Shown here: positions 1-12,459 of the stretch, piece by piece
How positions within the stretch are numbered: position 1 is the first letter of the stretch
How the letters are laid out: every line of letters begins with the position of its first letter
Source of the DNA: Glycera tridactyla
Taxonomy: Eukaryota
DNA: 53,989 bases
Assembly (NCBI GenBank): GCA_965644265.1
Contig: OZ286468.1
Coordinates: 96,782,001-96,835,989 of the forward strand
Reading direction: 5' to 3'
Notes under the pieces: model-generated
What the model saw: only the letters and a program-made list of their open reading frames with translations
What the model was told of the DNA's origin: nothing
Database searches by the model: none
Program-made: the position numbers and the translations under genes

Positions 1-790
1 TCACTGAGAGTATGCTTGTCATAGTATGAACGTGATATAAAAGTGAGATAGATGAACAAAACCAATACCTTCACGCACTCAAATGATAATTCTGTGTAGT
101 TTTTGTACTCAATACATCATGAGTACAACACAAATGAGCACACACATGCAACGGGACTGATACTCGAGCAATAGGCCGGTAGCCACAGAGGATCATGAGA
201 ACATGGCAATACATGGCTCTACATGAGAGGTCTAGTTGCCAGGCCATAAATAATGAACTCACTTATTGCTGAATCCAACAACTGGCGAAGGGGTTTGCTG
301 AGTGAAAAATGACTAGTCCATCGGCTATTTATGTTCATTGCGGACATGGCATCAAGGATGGCACAAGTTTGAGACAGTTGAAGGATATCAATGTAAAGCG
401 CTTGGTTTGGATTAAAGGTTTTGTTCGTCAACTCACAAGATTTGCAAACCCGACTGCAAAAGATGAATCATGCAGCCCTGTAGTTCTGGTGCAGGTATGT
501 GAGAAATAGTGTTTCATTCCTTGTCCAAATGTGACAGGTGAGCATTGAGAATTCAAGAAGAGAGTAGAATCGAAGTCAATGACAGTCTGTGTAGTCATTT
601 TGGTGATCACTCAACAAATATTTCACCGCACTGCGCCACGTATCCTTCGATTTGCTTCTCTCATTGAATCATCAATCTAATCACTGTTTAGGCATGACCG
701 AAATGAGATAGTCCCTAATGAGTATCAAGCTCCCGTGTATGCACTGTTCGACTTGCCCAAAGAAGTAATTTCCAGAGTCAGCACCGTCCT
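1..790 (-). pseudogene. Giant DUF6606/DUF3638/DUF3645-family pseudogene, copy 0 (N-terminal part, runs off the window's left edge)
   Basis: 1-430 aligns by eye with 33300-33720 of copy 2. 430-790 continues the same minus frames (LTLEITSLGKSNSAY, DSMREANRRIRG, PVTFGQG, LQLSQTCAILDA), matching copy 2 (NEKIRVNK, PITFGHG, LQLSQTCAILDA). Confidence 0.6.
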
Positions 791-829
791 TTTCCCGGGG
801 GGGGGGGGGGCAGTACTAATTGCTCACTA

Positions 830-1300
830 CAACCAAAAACAATCAAGTCAAGACAGTCTGTGATTGTGGTTCCTAATCAACGCTGTCACAACCTTCTCAA
901 CTTCATACCCTCGACAATGCCAACCATTTTTGTCTTCCTAGCATCTTATGCATAATTGGGAGATGTTAGATTTTCATCGGCGGACTTGCGTTCTAGACAA
1001 TTGAACAAAGGCTCGATCCAATTCCAGCTGACTTGCTTTGGAAATTGACTGTTGTGAGAGGCAACTACTGTAAACAAACTTTAGTTGACCGCCGGGCTAG
1101 AGTCCCATCCCGTCTATTCTCTCTGATTCACATCTCATTTATTCATCAAATGGACTTGTGCGACTATGCGATCCCTTGATTATCGCCACTATGTGTCCTT
1201 GATGTATGTGACACCCTTTTTTTCCAACTGTGTCCTTACTGAATGGCTGGAATCTCTCAAAGACATTTGCTGGTGCATGAAATGTTGATTGTAGTGTTGT
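830..1300 (-). pseudogene. Partial third copy of the inter-gene ORF remnant
   Basis: DNA match to 18360-18790 and 35995-36420, e.g. shared AGGCTCGATCCAATTCCAGCTGACT. Confidence 0.45.
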
Positions 1301-4300
1301 AGTGCCAATTGTAGTGTTTGAGGTCCGACCATGCGATGTCGGTCACCCAGAACAGGATAATGCACCCAGTCATATTCTTATAGAATTGACAGCAAACCAT
1401 CGAAAAACCTGAAGTTGTATATTTACCTCAAGATTATGATTTGAAGATTTATAGGTTCATGTATTCCCTGTCAAGGATTGAAGTGTCTGGTACGAAGCTA
1501 GTTTTTTTATCCAGACATGTAATTAAGATTTTGATTATGCACACTTCGTACTCTTGAAAGAACCGACATGGCCTCAAGGTTGACTACCCAGCTTCTGAGT
1601 GTAAGAATCACTCTCAAGCAAACAAAATATCCCAATCGACTGATGTCTGCCTGAATAGACTTTGGAAGCTCACAGGACGACTTTGTTGACATCTCATGCG
1701 ACTAGAAATGTGATCCCAGTGCGGCCTCATATGTAAGGTGAATTGTATATTTCACCTTAGAACGCAAAATATGGCCATTTCACACTGGATTTGCGGCAGG
1801 TGCAGTGGCTGCATCTACGTTGTTTTACATAGGGAAGACCGGGCGATAATGCCTGTGTATTTGTCGAAGAGAATGCGATGAAATGATGGCGTAATCCTCC
1901 CCAAAAGCATACAGAGTCCCTGCAACCTAGCAGACTAGTTCAATCACGGCTCAAGAATATATATGAACCAATTTTGCCATCAGAGACCCTAGCGTCGAAT
2001 TGAAATGGAACCCACCGATCTTTTCTGATTGTGAAGATCTTGATCACACGCATGTTTCAATCAATAAATTGTAGGGCTGAATATAAGTGACAATCTCAAA
2101 TGTAGATATTTGTGTTGGTATCATGCGCCTACGGTGAATCATGTGCTGAGGATGGGGTAACGAAACCAGATGAACCGACAGTGGTGATATCGATTTAGCT
2201 TCTCAAGCGAGCGTCATCATATGCTTCAATTGATGAATTTGAGGAATACATATCCATGACAAACTCCGACCAATGGTATTCCTGTCGGCATCGGGTGCTT
2301 TGTTTGGTATTTTATGGATATTTTTTGATGCGTATTCACTCATGGTGTCGGTGAACATTCATCTAGCATATTCAACGAGTTAATATGAACAATCAGTAGA
2401 TGTAGTTTGGAGATATTTCACTGATATTGCGTGAAGAGTTTGTCATCTGACACTGATAAAAATATCAGCACATTTTCAATATTGTTTGTCTGAGATATTA
2501 CCCTGGTCGCATGCAGGTCTGATTGGATGGCAGTCCCCATCTCATATGAAGCACTCCGGCAATATTGGACTTGGAGGAGGCAATTGAATGTGGGTGAAAT
2601 CATTCAAGATTCCACTCCCAAAATCCGGAAGAGCGAGCGGCGAAAGAACTTAGTCTACTTCATGAAGGTGAAAGTAGCATTTCTCCTGACATCCATGAAT
2701 CTGTCCTTACATCCAAATCCCTATGTTCGGTGAAATCTTATCAGTTCTTTCTGCCGAAAATCAGGATGTTATGAAACTTCAGACCAATCCATCGCCATCC
2801 TCTCTTCTACACTCCTTATCGGTATGTACCCGAGTAGATATGTGTAGCATCGGACTTGATAGCTGGTTGTACATGTGTCTCCCTGTTTCATATAAGAAAT
2901 TTTATGTGATACCAGTCACTGTTTCTTCCTCCACCAACAGCATGTGGGAAATATAACGCAAGCTGTGTTTTATAGAAATGTATAAATTTTCATGCACAAT
3001 ACATGTGTGTTAAGACCAAAATAGGATGAGACTCGATTGTTGCCCATAATATGCTCTCTGAGCAAGCAAAGACACCTTTTATAACTGAACCTTGAATTGC
3101 TTGTTAGAATTACATGACCTCTGGTCACATGGTAGGAAGTTCCACAGCGTGACCTCACATACACAAACATTGTCCCTCGTAGGCTTTGTGTGGTACTCCT
3201 TGTGGTACCCCCACCGAGGTAGGCGTGATCATGTGATGACTGGATCTGACATTGGTTGGAGTAGGACAACTGTGCAACAACATGCCGTTTCTTCGTGCTT
3301 TTCGACCTACTACTGTCATAAGACCCTTGTTATGATATGCTGTACATATACATTTGGTTGGGGAATGCTACCGCAATCGATCATACATTAGGTCAGGGAC
3401 AACATTCACTTTTTTCAACCTGATGATCATAACAACAATTCAATGAAGTCTCTATCGATGAAGCTATTTCTAAGCAGCTGGTGATTCACATGCAATTCCA
3501 TGAGCTCGGATCATGCTGTCTTCAATGAAAAAATTGAATGGAAATTCAATGGAGGGTATGATATATTAAATATCCTGGACATTGTCCCAGGCAGTTCATA
3601 TGTACGAACAGCTCGGTGTTTATACCAGTATTGTTGTTCAACTGTACTGGAGATTTCTAATTCGCATCCACTCTTCCTTAGCCAATGTTCAATCGCATTA
3701 TCACACAGTTGTGATATTCTGCTGTCCACCACCCAGATCATACTCCAGCCTAGGTTTATGTATGAATAATGTATGAATCATGAACTGTCAGATAGAGTAC
3801 CAGTCATCATGCAAGCGAAATGGACCTGGCAGATGCTAGTCGTTAAGGAATGGTCCATAAAATATAGCGAAGAAGGTTTCAAAAACGACAACAACTACAA
3901 TTTTTCTCGAAAGGAGGACATACATGCAAGTATCCCTGCCCTGGTTGGTATGGAAGAGGATGTCATACCCTCATGGCCTAAAGGGATATCAATCCATCTG
4001 TGACCCTTTGTGTGTCAGATCATCGTTCATACCGCTCAGATTGGGAATTCCTGCTATAAGCGAGGTGAAATCAATATATCTTGTATAGGGCAGCTCTGTC
4101 TGAAATGATGAACCGAGACCCTCTTATATTTGGTGACAAAATAAGACTCACCATGCACTCCTGGACCTGCACCATCACTCATACTTAAATAACATGCGCT
4201 TCTCATCGAGGACCACTGTTTGAAAGTAACTGAGAAGAGCATCTGTACTCCGGCACTCAAGGTGTGGATGGGTACTCAGGTAAATGTATTGGTGTTGACT

Positions 4301-5624
4301 GAGCGCATACATGGGGATGAAAAAGGACCAAGCTTGAACCGGTATATTAAGAGATATGTTGAAGTCTGCCAATTTCATGGACAGCAGACAGTGACTTAAC
4401 ATGTCCATCAATAAACAATATTTTTTTGTGCAGAAATACGCGATACGATCATACAGAGTCGACACTCTTTTGCCAATTCATTTCTATATTTTAAAGACAA
4501 TTCGTGAAGGGAATTCGCACTTAAAATTGATTACCGATCTGACAATGGGCCTGGATGGAATAGAACAGGCACATATCCTAGTGTATAACAGTATTACGGT
4601 ATATCAGTATAAGAAATCTTCAGTTGCTTGTGCCACGAAAGTGGTGGTAACATACAAGCGTATTGTGGCATTGCAACCAGTACAAATAGAGGCAACTTAT
4701 GACATGGCCGATTGCCTGAACCGATAGAGTTTGTATGCCTTCAAGGTGCTGATATTCCATCGCACAAATTGATTGCAAAGCTGGCCATTCCGAATGAGCA
4801 AGTTAGTTGCACTAAATAAACATACCCGAAATTCACATATTTCGGAACAGTCTAATATCTTTTGAATATTCAAAATAGTAGCCAGATATTTCTTGTTTCA
4901 ATCTGTTCGAACAGTTCAATACTAATCTCGGAATTGCACACTTACGAGATCGACGCATTTGAGGAGTATGGTGTGTTGGTCTTCTGATCTTATTGCTTCA
5001 AGGGTTGACAAGGAGTCTGTAAATATGATATGAGCCATCGCACACACGGCTGCAGACTCCCAGATGATGCAATTACTCCATGCTCTGCTAAAGTCCAAGC
5101 ACTGCTGCTCGCGAGGGATCACATATTTCACTCAAAAATGCGCCTGGTTCAGATATCGAGAATGTGGAAACTGTTAAGTTTGAATAACTTCCTTTTGACC
5201 CTTGATCAGGATGTACATAGAGCTATTCAATTCCCTCGATGAGTATAGAAAAAACGCAAATAGAGGGTGCAAAAGGGAACAATCAAAAGAGGGTCGAAAT
5301 GGAAAAATTATCTTGTGATACATAAATCATACTGCGAATTGGATCCCCATTTTTTTAGTTTAGCATTATTCATAGATCGACAATGAGCTTCTCAAGCTTA
5401 CACTGCGAGTACAATGCTTCATCGTACTATTGAAAGATATTATCCAAGGTTTCTATATAAAAAGTAAGTGTATGTTGGGGATTGCCAAGACAAGAAAATT
5501 TCCACATGGCCCAGAGAGCATCACTGTCAAATTGAATCTGACATATAATCACTCAATGAATAATGCCATATCCAAGTTTCGCATGTGTAGAATCGTAGAT
5601 GGTGATGCCTTATTTCACTACAAT

Positions 5625-5659
<35 letters not shown>

Positions 5660-5670
5660 GTTTCTCTCTC
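5625..5670. repeat. (CT)n microsatellite inside copy 1
   Basis: Direct reading. The equivalent site in copy 2 is the N gap at 25937-26064, with the same TATTTC and GCATCACCTGG flanks. Confidence 0.9.
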
Positions 5671-8600
5671 AAGAGAGCATCACCTGGTATAATTCATCGG
5701 AAGAAGATACATTTTTTCTAAGCGCAGATGGTGAGTCAAATCATGAAGACAATTATCCCCGTACTAGGGAATTTTACTTTAGGATCTTAGCTCAATACTG
5801 AGGCCAAAATAATGAAGAGACAAAGCATCAATATGCAACTGATCATGTTATGATGGTACATGAGTATGCACATCTGCGTTATCCCAATGCTATATGTCTT
5901 CATCTGAATGACGGAATCAATATTCATCTCCACTCACTTGTCATGCACCTACTGGCCGGTGAATATCATTTTCTGAGTGATCACCACTGATCATTTCCTT
6001 ATTCGATACGAGTGATCTTGAATGTGAAATATGATCACTTTTCATCACCATATATCCAGAATGTGTGTGATAGCCAAGGTGGTTTACCACAAGCACTGGA
6101 TAGTTTATTCACTAGGCCTAGGTAGCTTACTATCATTCATATATTAGCCTACATCTATAGTATTTATCATTATCAAAATACATCCATACTATTCATATAA
6201 TTCATATTATCAAGTGCTTATATATGATTATTATTCAGATGCAAACAATAGAGAGTAAGATATTCTTGTGCGAATACTATCATATGAATATCCTCTCGGT
6301 GTACATAATATAGAACTATTCGTGTGTGTTTGTCAAACGATTAAATGTATTACTGACATGAGTTTTATATGTTTGAAGTGTTCATGTTGTGTTCTCTGAT
6401 TAAGGAAGTCATTTCGTTAAGAAAAACCCATGTTTGGTTTGGATGAAGATAGTTTATGTTATTTTTATGACGAATCTCAAACCAGTGTAAAAATTCCCTG
6501 CTATTGACAGGTCTAGCGTCTGTTATAGAGCTCAGTGTGATGTACAAACCTGCAACCACATCTGAAAAATGAATATTTCGGAACAAACTGAGCTATCACA
6601 GTAAACTCATTTCTGAATCAATGACCTTAACTAACAGAAAGAACGGGAGTAATTACGTGCAGGGTGTCCCGTATCGCCAACAGAGAAAATGTGAACCAAT
6701 TCCCCAACCAAGTATCATCGATTTTGAGTCCGACTTAGAAAGGTTGACCTGTTTTCTGTCAAGAAATATTACAAAACACCAGCAACCATTAGCTGCAACT
6801 GAGCAGCCCACAGATGCTGATGAGAAGATAAAACTATGCACATTCATCCCATAGGCTCGAAAAAATAAAGGAAAGCTCCCCTTTTTTTCTGATGTCCAGT
6901 CATATTTCTTATTTGTCTCAGTCAAAGAGCAGGCTCTCAAAATACTGATCATGATAGCAAGTACTTGTTGAATCGATGGACGAAGTCTACTCAAAATGAC
7001 TCCAGTAAGACCTGTCCTAAGCATGGAATTGTGAGACATGGGAAAGTTGGTTGCTCTAAACAAGTTCATGATTAGTACAGTTTACTCATATTATAAAAAT
7101 CTATTATCTTAAGGATGGAACCAAATTACCAAGATATGCTTTCTCAGTAAAGCCTCACCTCGAATAATTTCGACTGTACACCCACTATTCAAATTGGATA
7201 CAGCATAAGTACCTTACCAATATGATTGATTGTATTCTTCCTCTCTCATATATATTTGATGATCTACATCGGATGCACTGGTACAGGACTTCCGGACAAC
7301 CTTTCCCGACATTTCCTCCATACTAGAGATGATAAATGAAGAACGATGATGAGCAGCCAAGCAATCTTTCGATTCTTTATTGAATGTATGGGGAAGCTCT
7401 GAAAATCATAGGTGCTCTGTGGTTTCTCAAGACAATCATATATATTGAAACATGTGCCTTTGCCATTCATCATAAAATCACTTATATTGTTTTGAGTGCA
7501 CTCACCCGTCAATGGGACAGCCATTAAATGTCTTGAAACCATTATTCCAGTTGAAGTGTATTGGATTACAGCAATAACGCTTTGTGATATGCATATATGA
7601 CTTCTGCAAGTTTGCCTCTGTCATTGTCTATTTTATTGGATACATCCACAGTCATCAACAATTGTCGATTTTCTGAGATGATGCTCTGAAGGTAATCTGT
7701 GGGTTTGTTTGTTTTAGATGACCATTTATTCGACTTCCATGATGAATGACGTTGCATTGACACATCTCTTTCGATACGAAAATCGCAATAATCGTTCAAG
7801 ATGGATGGAATGGTTATTAGAATGCTCAGATAGTGCTTTTCTCTCTATGGACAAATGAGAGCTACTTATTTCGATTTGAATGCATTTTTTATTGTGTATG
7901 GACTTCCCTGATGTATTCCCTATAATGATTTGTCACTATTACTGTCTTTCTCTAATGGTCAAAAATTAGACTTATGCATACTTATTTATCATGCTGCCTT
8001 TTCTCAAACCACTCTCACTCTGTCTCTCCCATTCAAGTCTCTTATATTCATCTTTTCCACCTCAAATACTCTCCAACCTATGTTCCATGACAAGTATGTA
8101 TGCCAAGTTCCCCTGCTTTTCTTACTTTTTTGTACATTCGTCTTACTATCTGTGTCTTCATTTCGAAATTTATGTTTACTCAGTTAAGTGAATTTTCCTA
8201 GTTCCATGACATAATTTTCTATGTCCTTCGAACCAATGTATTAATAATAAGAATCTTACAAACAAACAAACATGGTTTGTGGGGAACCGTTATGAGGATC
8301 TAGCTCATCTCCATGTACTATCCATCAAGTTGCATGTTCTTGGAGATTCTACTTTGATGAGAACGTCTGTGAATTTTATCATCATACTGATCATGCAAGG
8401 CAAGGATGGTTAGGTCCCATATCAAATCCGATCAATTCAAGAGTGACAGGAATGATGCATGAGAGAGAGGCAAAGAAAAAATGCATGCCTTTTGTCTAGG
8501 GGATGACAGCATTGATTCAGCGGCAAAACATGAGGACACACTCTAGCGAATGATATGCCTATTCACAATACAGCAAATTCTCCTTCCATAATTACTAGAA

Positions 8601-10155
8601 TATCACTGCCACTCTGGTTTACATCCAATGACAAAATTTTTTGGGTTCGACCATCATAATTCATGATGTGGCTGAAGGATGGGCGGATCCTTTTTCATAG
8701 TTATGTTCACATGCCAGAGAGAGAGGTCTCCATTCGAATTCTTGGCCATCTATAATTTTCGAAGAATGGTGACTAGGGTTTGTCGATACCATCTGCTCTC
8801 TGCCTGCCAACACATATTGTGTAACTCGGTTCTGCACCTGAGAGAATGGCGACGCATGAAAGCCACCAGGTTGCTCTACTGTTGGATATGAAAAGAGGAA
8901 AGCCTCTGTTAAAAGTTTCTCACCATTGAGTGAAGTCCGAGGATAGGTAGTTGGGCGTTGAGGATGCAGAATATCAAGAGAGATATATGTGGGTAATAAC
9001 ATCCGGATTGATTAGAATAAGCATTGGGGAAATTAGGCATTGAATATGCGATAAGCTTCACCCATTTCAATAGATGATAGACCTCCAGGAGAGTAAATAA
9101 GCTAGCACCCAGACAATTGCCTCCCATTCACGACATCATTTGGGTGTGTTGTTTTGATTTCATTCGGAAATTTCATCCTCGCAGGAAGGAAGGTCAGAGA
9201 ACATGACATCCCTCCTTTGAGTATAGAAAAAAAACATTCGAAGTAATAACAAGGTGATACATAGCACATCAAACAGTGAAAGGACACAACAGTGAAAAGA
9301 ATGAGTGGAAAATGTTAAATGAATCATTTGACCAGTGAACGAAATTATTAGAGATATCATGGGTCGCATATTTTATGTACAAGGCGATTTCATAAGTTCA
9401 CTTTGCAAGCTGTTGAACTTGAATCATCATGGGTTGGTTGATGGTAGTGGATGGTATTTTAAGAGATCATGTAGTACAGAAAAAGACATGGGTCGACCTC
9501 TAACATACGGGACATACCAGAGGATTCATCTCTCTTTGTTTATTTATGCATCGCTATACAAATCAATAATAGGATATCTCAAGATTGTTCACATACTCTT
9601 TGCAGTTGACACTTTAGTGCCTACTGGGTTGGTGATGCTCGGGTTTCTGGACTGATCTTATTCCATATGTTCATCCCTCACCATGGAATTTCTTTCCGCT
9701 TTCTTCAGGTTTGTCCTAGGTACTCTCAGACACCCTCCAATACAGGTGTTCCAATTTCCAGGAATAAAGAGCTTGTCATATATCTTTTGCACATTTTTCG
9801 AGCATTGAAAATTTACTATTGAGTGACACTCACAGGCACGGTGTCGTGTAGGTGTCTTCTTATCGAAGGAGATACCTGAACCCTAATACAGTGCTTCTGA
9901 CTTGGTTCTTGGTTCTCATCATAGCAGATTCTTAAACCTGTGTGTGATGGGACATCTAGTCTATGAGGCAGCATGTTTCATCCTCAGTTTAGTCTGGATA
10001 GGACACTGCTCATTTGAGTGAGTGCTGTTCGAATCTCCTGGGAGAAATAGAGCCGCTGCCACAGTTACTAGTCGATGCCAGAACAATTCACAATTTCTTT
10101 TTGTTGACACCGCCCAGCATTTTTATCTCCTGATCGAATTATGCGTAATTGAGTT

Positions 10156-10434
10156 TTTGAGATCTCCGCAGCTCGAACTGCTCTCAAACTTCGCCGATCT
10201 TGGTGGGTACGAAGGTGGTGGTGCTGGGTATGGAGGTGGTGGTGGTGGTGGTGGTGTTGCATGGTGATTGTGGTTGTGGTAGTAGTGGTGGTGGTGGTGG
10301 GTATAAAGGTGCTGTTGCTATTGCTGGTGTCGTCGTCGTCGTCGTCATCGTCATCTCTCTCTTTCTCTCTCTCTCACCCCCTCTCTCTCTCTCTCTCTAT
10401 TTCGGAGATCTCTCGGGCCTCTGGGCGCTCTTGT
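10156..10434. repeat. ~280-bp microsatellite-rich insertion (GGT, GTC and CT tracts) specific to copy 1
   Basis: Absent at the equivalent site in copy 2 (~31775-31790). 10-bp inverted repeat GAGATCTCCG (10159-10168) and CGGAGATCTC (10403-10412). Confidence 0.8.
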
Positions 10435-12459
10435 TCATCTTGTCTTCACTTCCCGACAATTGAATGAATGCTCAATTCAATCAAGCTCACTAGCACAGAG
10501 AGTTGCCTATTGTGGTGGGCCAATTACCGGACTAACCATACTCATTCATCAGGCTAGTTTCTCTGTCATTCTATTCTCTGAGATTTGCATCTCATTTAAT
10601 GAAGTGATTGTTTATCATATCTAATGGAGCATTCGGTCAAAGGATCATTCACGCTGCACACAGCCTCTGCTCAATTAAGAAAAAAACCGAACAAGAAGTT
10701 TATAGAAACGAGATGAGTGGCGTGCAAATGGTGCGGAGAGACAACTATGTCATGGTGCTCATATGAAATGAGGTCATGGCAGGCGTCTAGTATTGGTATT
10801 GACTGTGCGGTAGAACAAGATGAATAAATGATATGATATAGTCATAGTCTAATATGACTAGTCATGATATAGCTATTGTTGAAGTAAGTCTTATGATGAG
10901 CATAACACTAATGGTAATACATTATAATCAATAGTGATCGGTCTGTCTCTACATCCAGGAAGTGTACTGGTAGCACATGTCTAAAATACAAAGGTAGACA
11001 ACAAATCAATATCCTTTCATGTGTCCATACAATGTTTGTTTGTTTGGATTCGACGTTCTTTGAACCACCTTTGCTTATATCAAACTAAAAAACAGAAAAT
11101 GCTGAAGAAGAGAGGCACTGCTGCCGGGGGCCGTCCCTAATCTTCGCGAGAGACAGTAGTTTGAGACAGTTGAGAGTTTGAGACAGTTGAAGGAACTCAA
11201 TGTAACCAAGTGCTCGTCTTAGATTGAAGCAATAAATCAACACACCAGATTCAGCAACCAGACTGCCTGAGATAAATCATGCAGTCATGTAGTTTGGATA
11301 AGCTAGTATATGACCAATATTGTCCAGAACCATGTCCAAATGTGATAGGTTGGCATCGGGAATTTATATCAGAGTAAAGAGGAGCATCCTGAAGAATGTG
11401 TGTAGACATCTCTTGTTCACCCTGATTCTTTTATTGATGGATCCGAGCAAGGATTCAGCATTCTCAAGAAGACACGGTCCCATTGAGTTCCGATACTTCA
11501 TATATGCACTGTTTCACCTTCCCCCCCCCCCCCTCCCCTAAAATGCTGGCAGGGTCAGTAGAGTACTCACACACCCTCCTGAGGTGGATCTTTTCTAGGG
11601 GTCAGGGGTCAGTACTAGTCACTCGTATGACCCAAAACATAAGCCAGGACCGGTCGTAATAGTTAGATAATTTTAGGTTCTTTATATGCAAATTTGGGAT
11701 TCAGCGATCCTTTACTTGTTTGACTAATTGACAAGCCTTCACGAGGTGTGGGTATGGATGTCGAGCAACGATGATTGGCGCGGTTTCTCTTAATTACCAT
11801 GATTTTTTGAGAAAGCCTTTGTCATCGAGATACCTCCGGTACAGTCACCTATCTGTGAAATCAATTTCTGCATGAAACATAATACTCTTCGGACTGTGGT
11901 TATAGTGACGACTGCCATACGATCACTATAAGTTCTTTCTCGAAATTGAATGCTACCTCATCCATCTCATGGTTCTGCCATTTTCCAGGGAGGTATTCCC
12001 ATTACGGAAGTGTCCTGGGAGCGGGTTAGACTGTATGTAGCCCAGAATCAACGTTCATCATGAGTATGGAGCCACCAAGACAGAGTGACTTAATAGAAAC
12101 TTCACCCGAGAGAATGCTTAGTTATATCGGAATTCGACTTTCTATCGCAATCTCGCAGCTGCTCCTGTTGAACAGGTTCTAAGCGGTGATGTAAAAGTGA
12201 TTATGCATGTCTGTACTGGAAGTAAGGCCTTGTTCAGTGCGAGTACATGGTGTCGTATAGTGTCATCTTAATTCTCAACTCTCACTTTGGACAATGCCTA
12301 CGACTGGCTGGACTGCCCCATTCTCATCGGGTATGATTGTAGACTTCATATAAATGATCCAATAAAGGTTCCTAACACAGTCAGCATCAATCAGAAACAT
12401 ACGTGCCTTAAGCAACCAATCCATGTGTTTTGTAATGAATCTGAGCTTTTTCATGAATA

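Noticed and set aside
428-610. HAD-like DFDSTL motif
   Set aside because: Not conserved in the other copies, and the frame is part of the giant-gene N-terminal region.
4991-5030. RNase H-like IIFTDSLSTLEAI (minus strand)
   Set aside because: No upstream DGS or AE motifs and no reverse transcriptase nearby. Copy 2 reads IIFADSMS.
8499-8507. GDD polymerase-like motif
   Set aside because: It is on the non-coding plus strand, reads GED in copy 2, and has no other RdRp motifs.
10022-10467. Poly-His, poly-Gly and poly-Val ORFs (also poly-Met/Ile ORFs at 46083-46409 and 52242-52589)
   Set aside because: They are translations of trinucleotide microsatellites.
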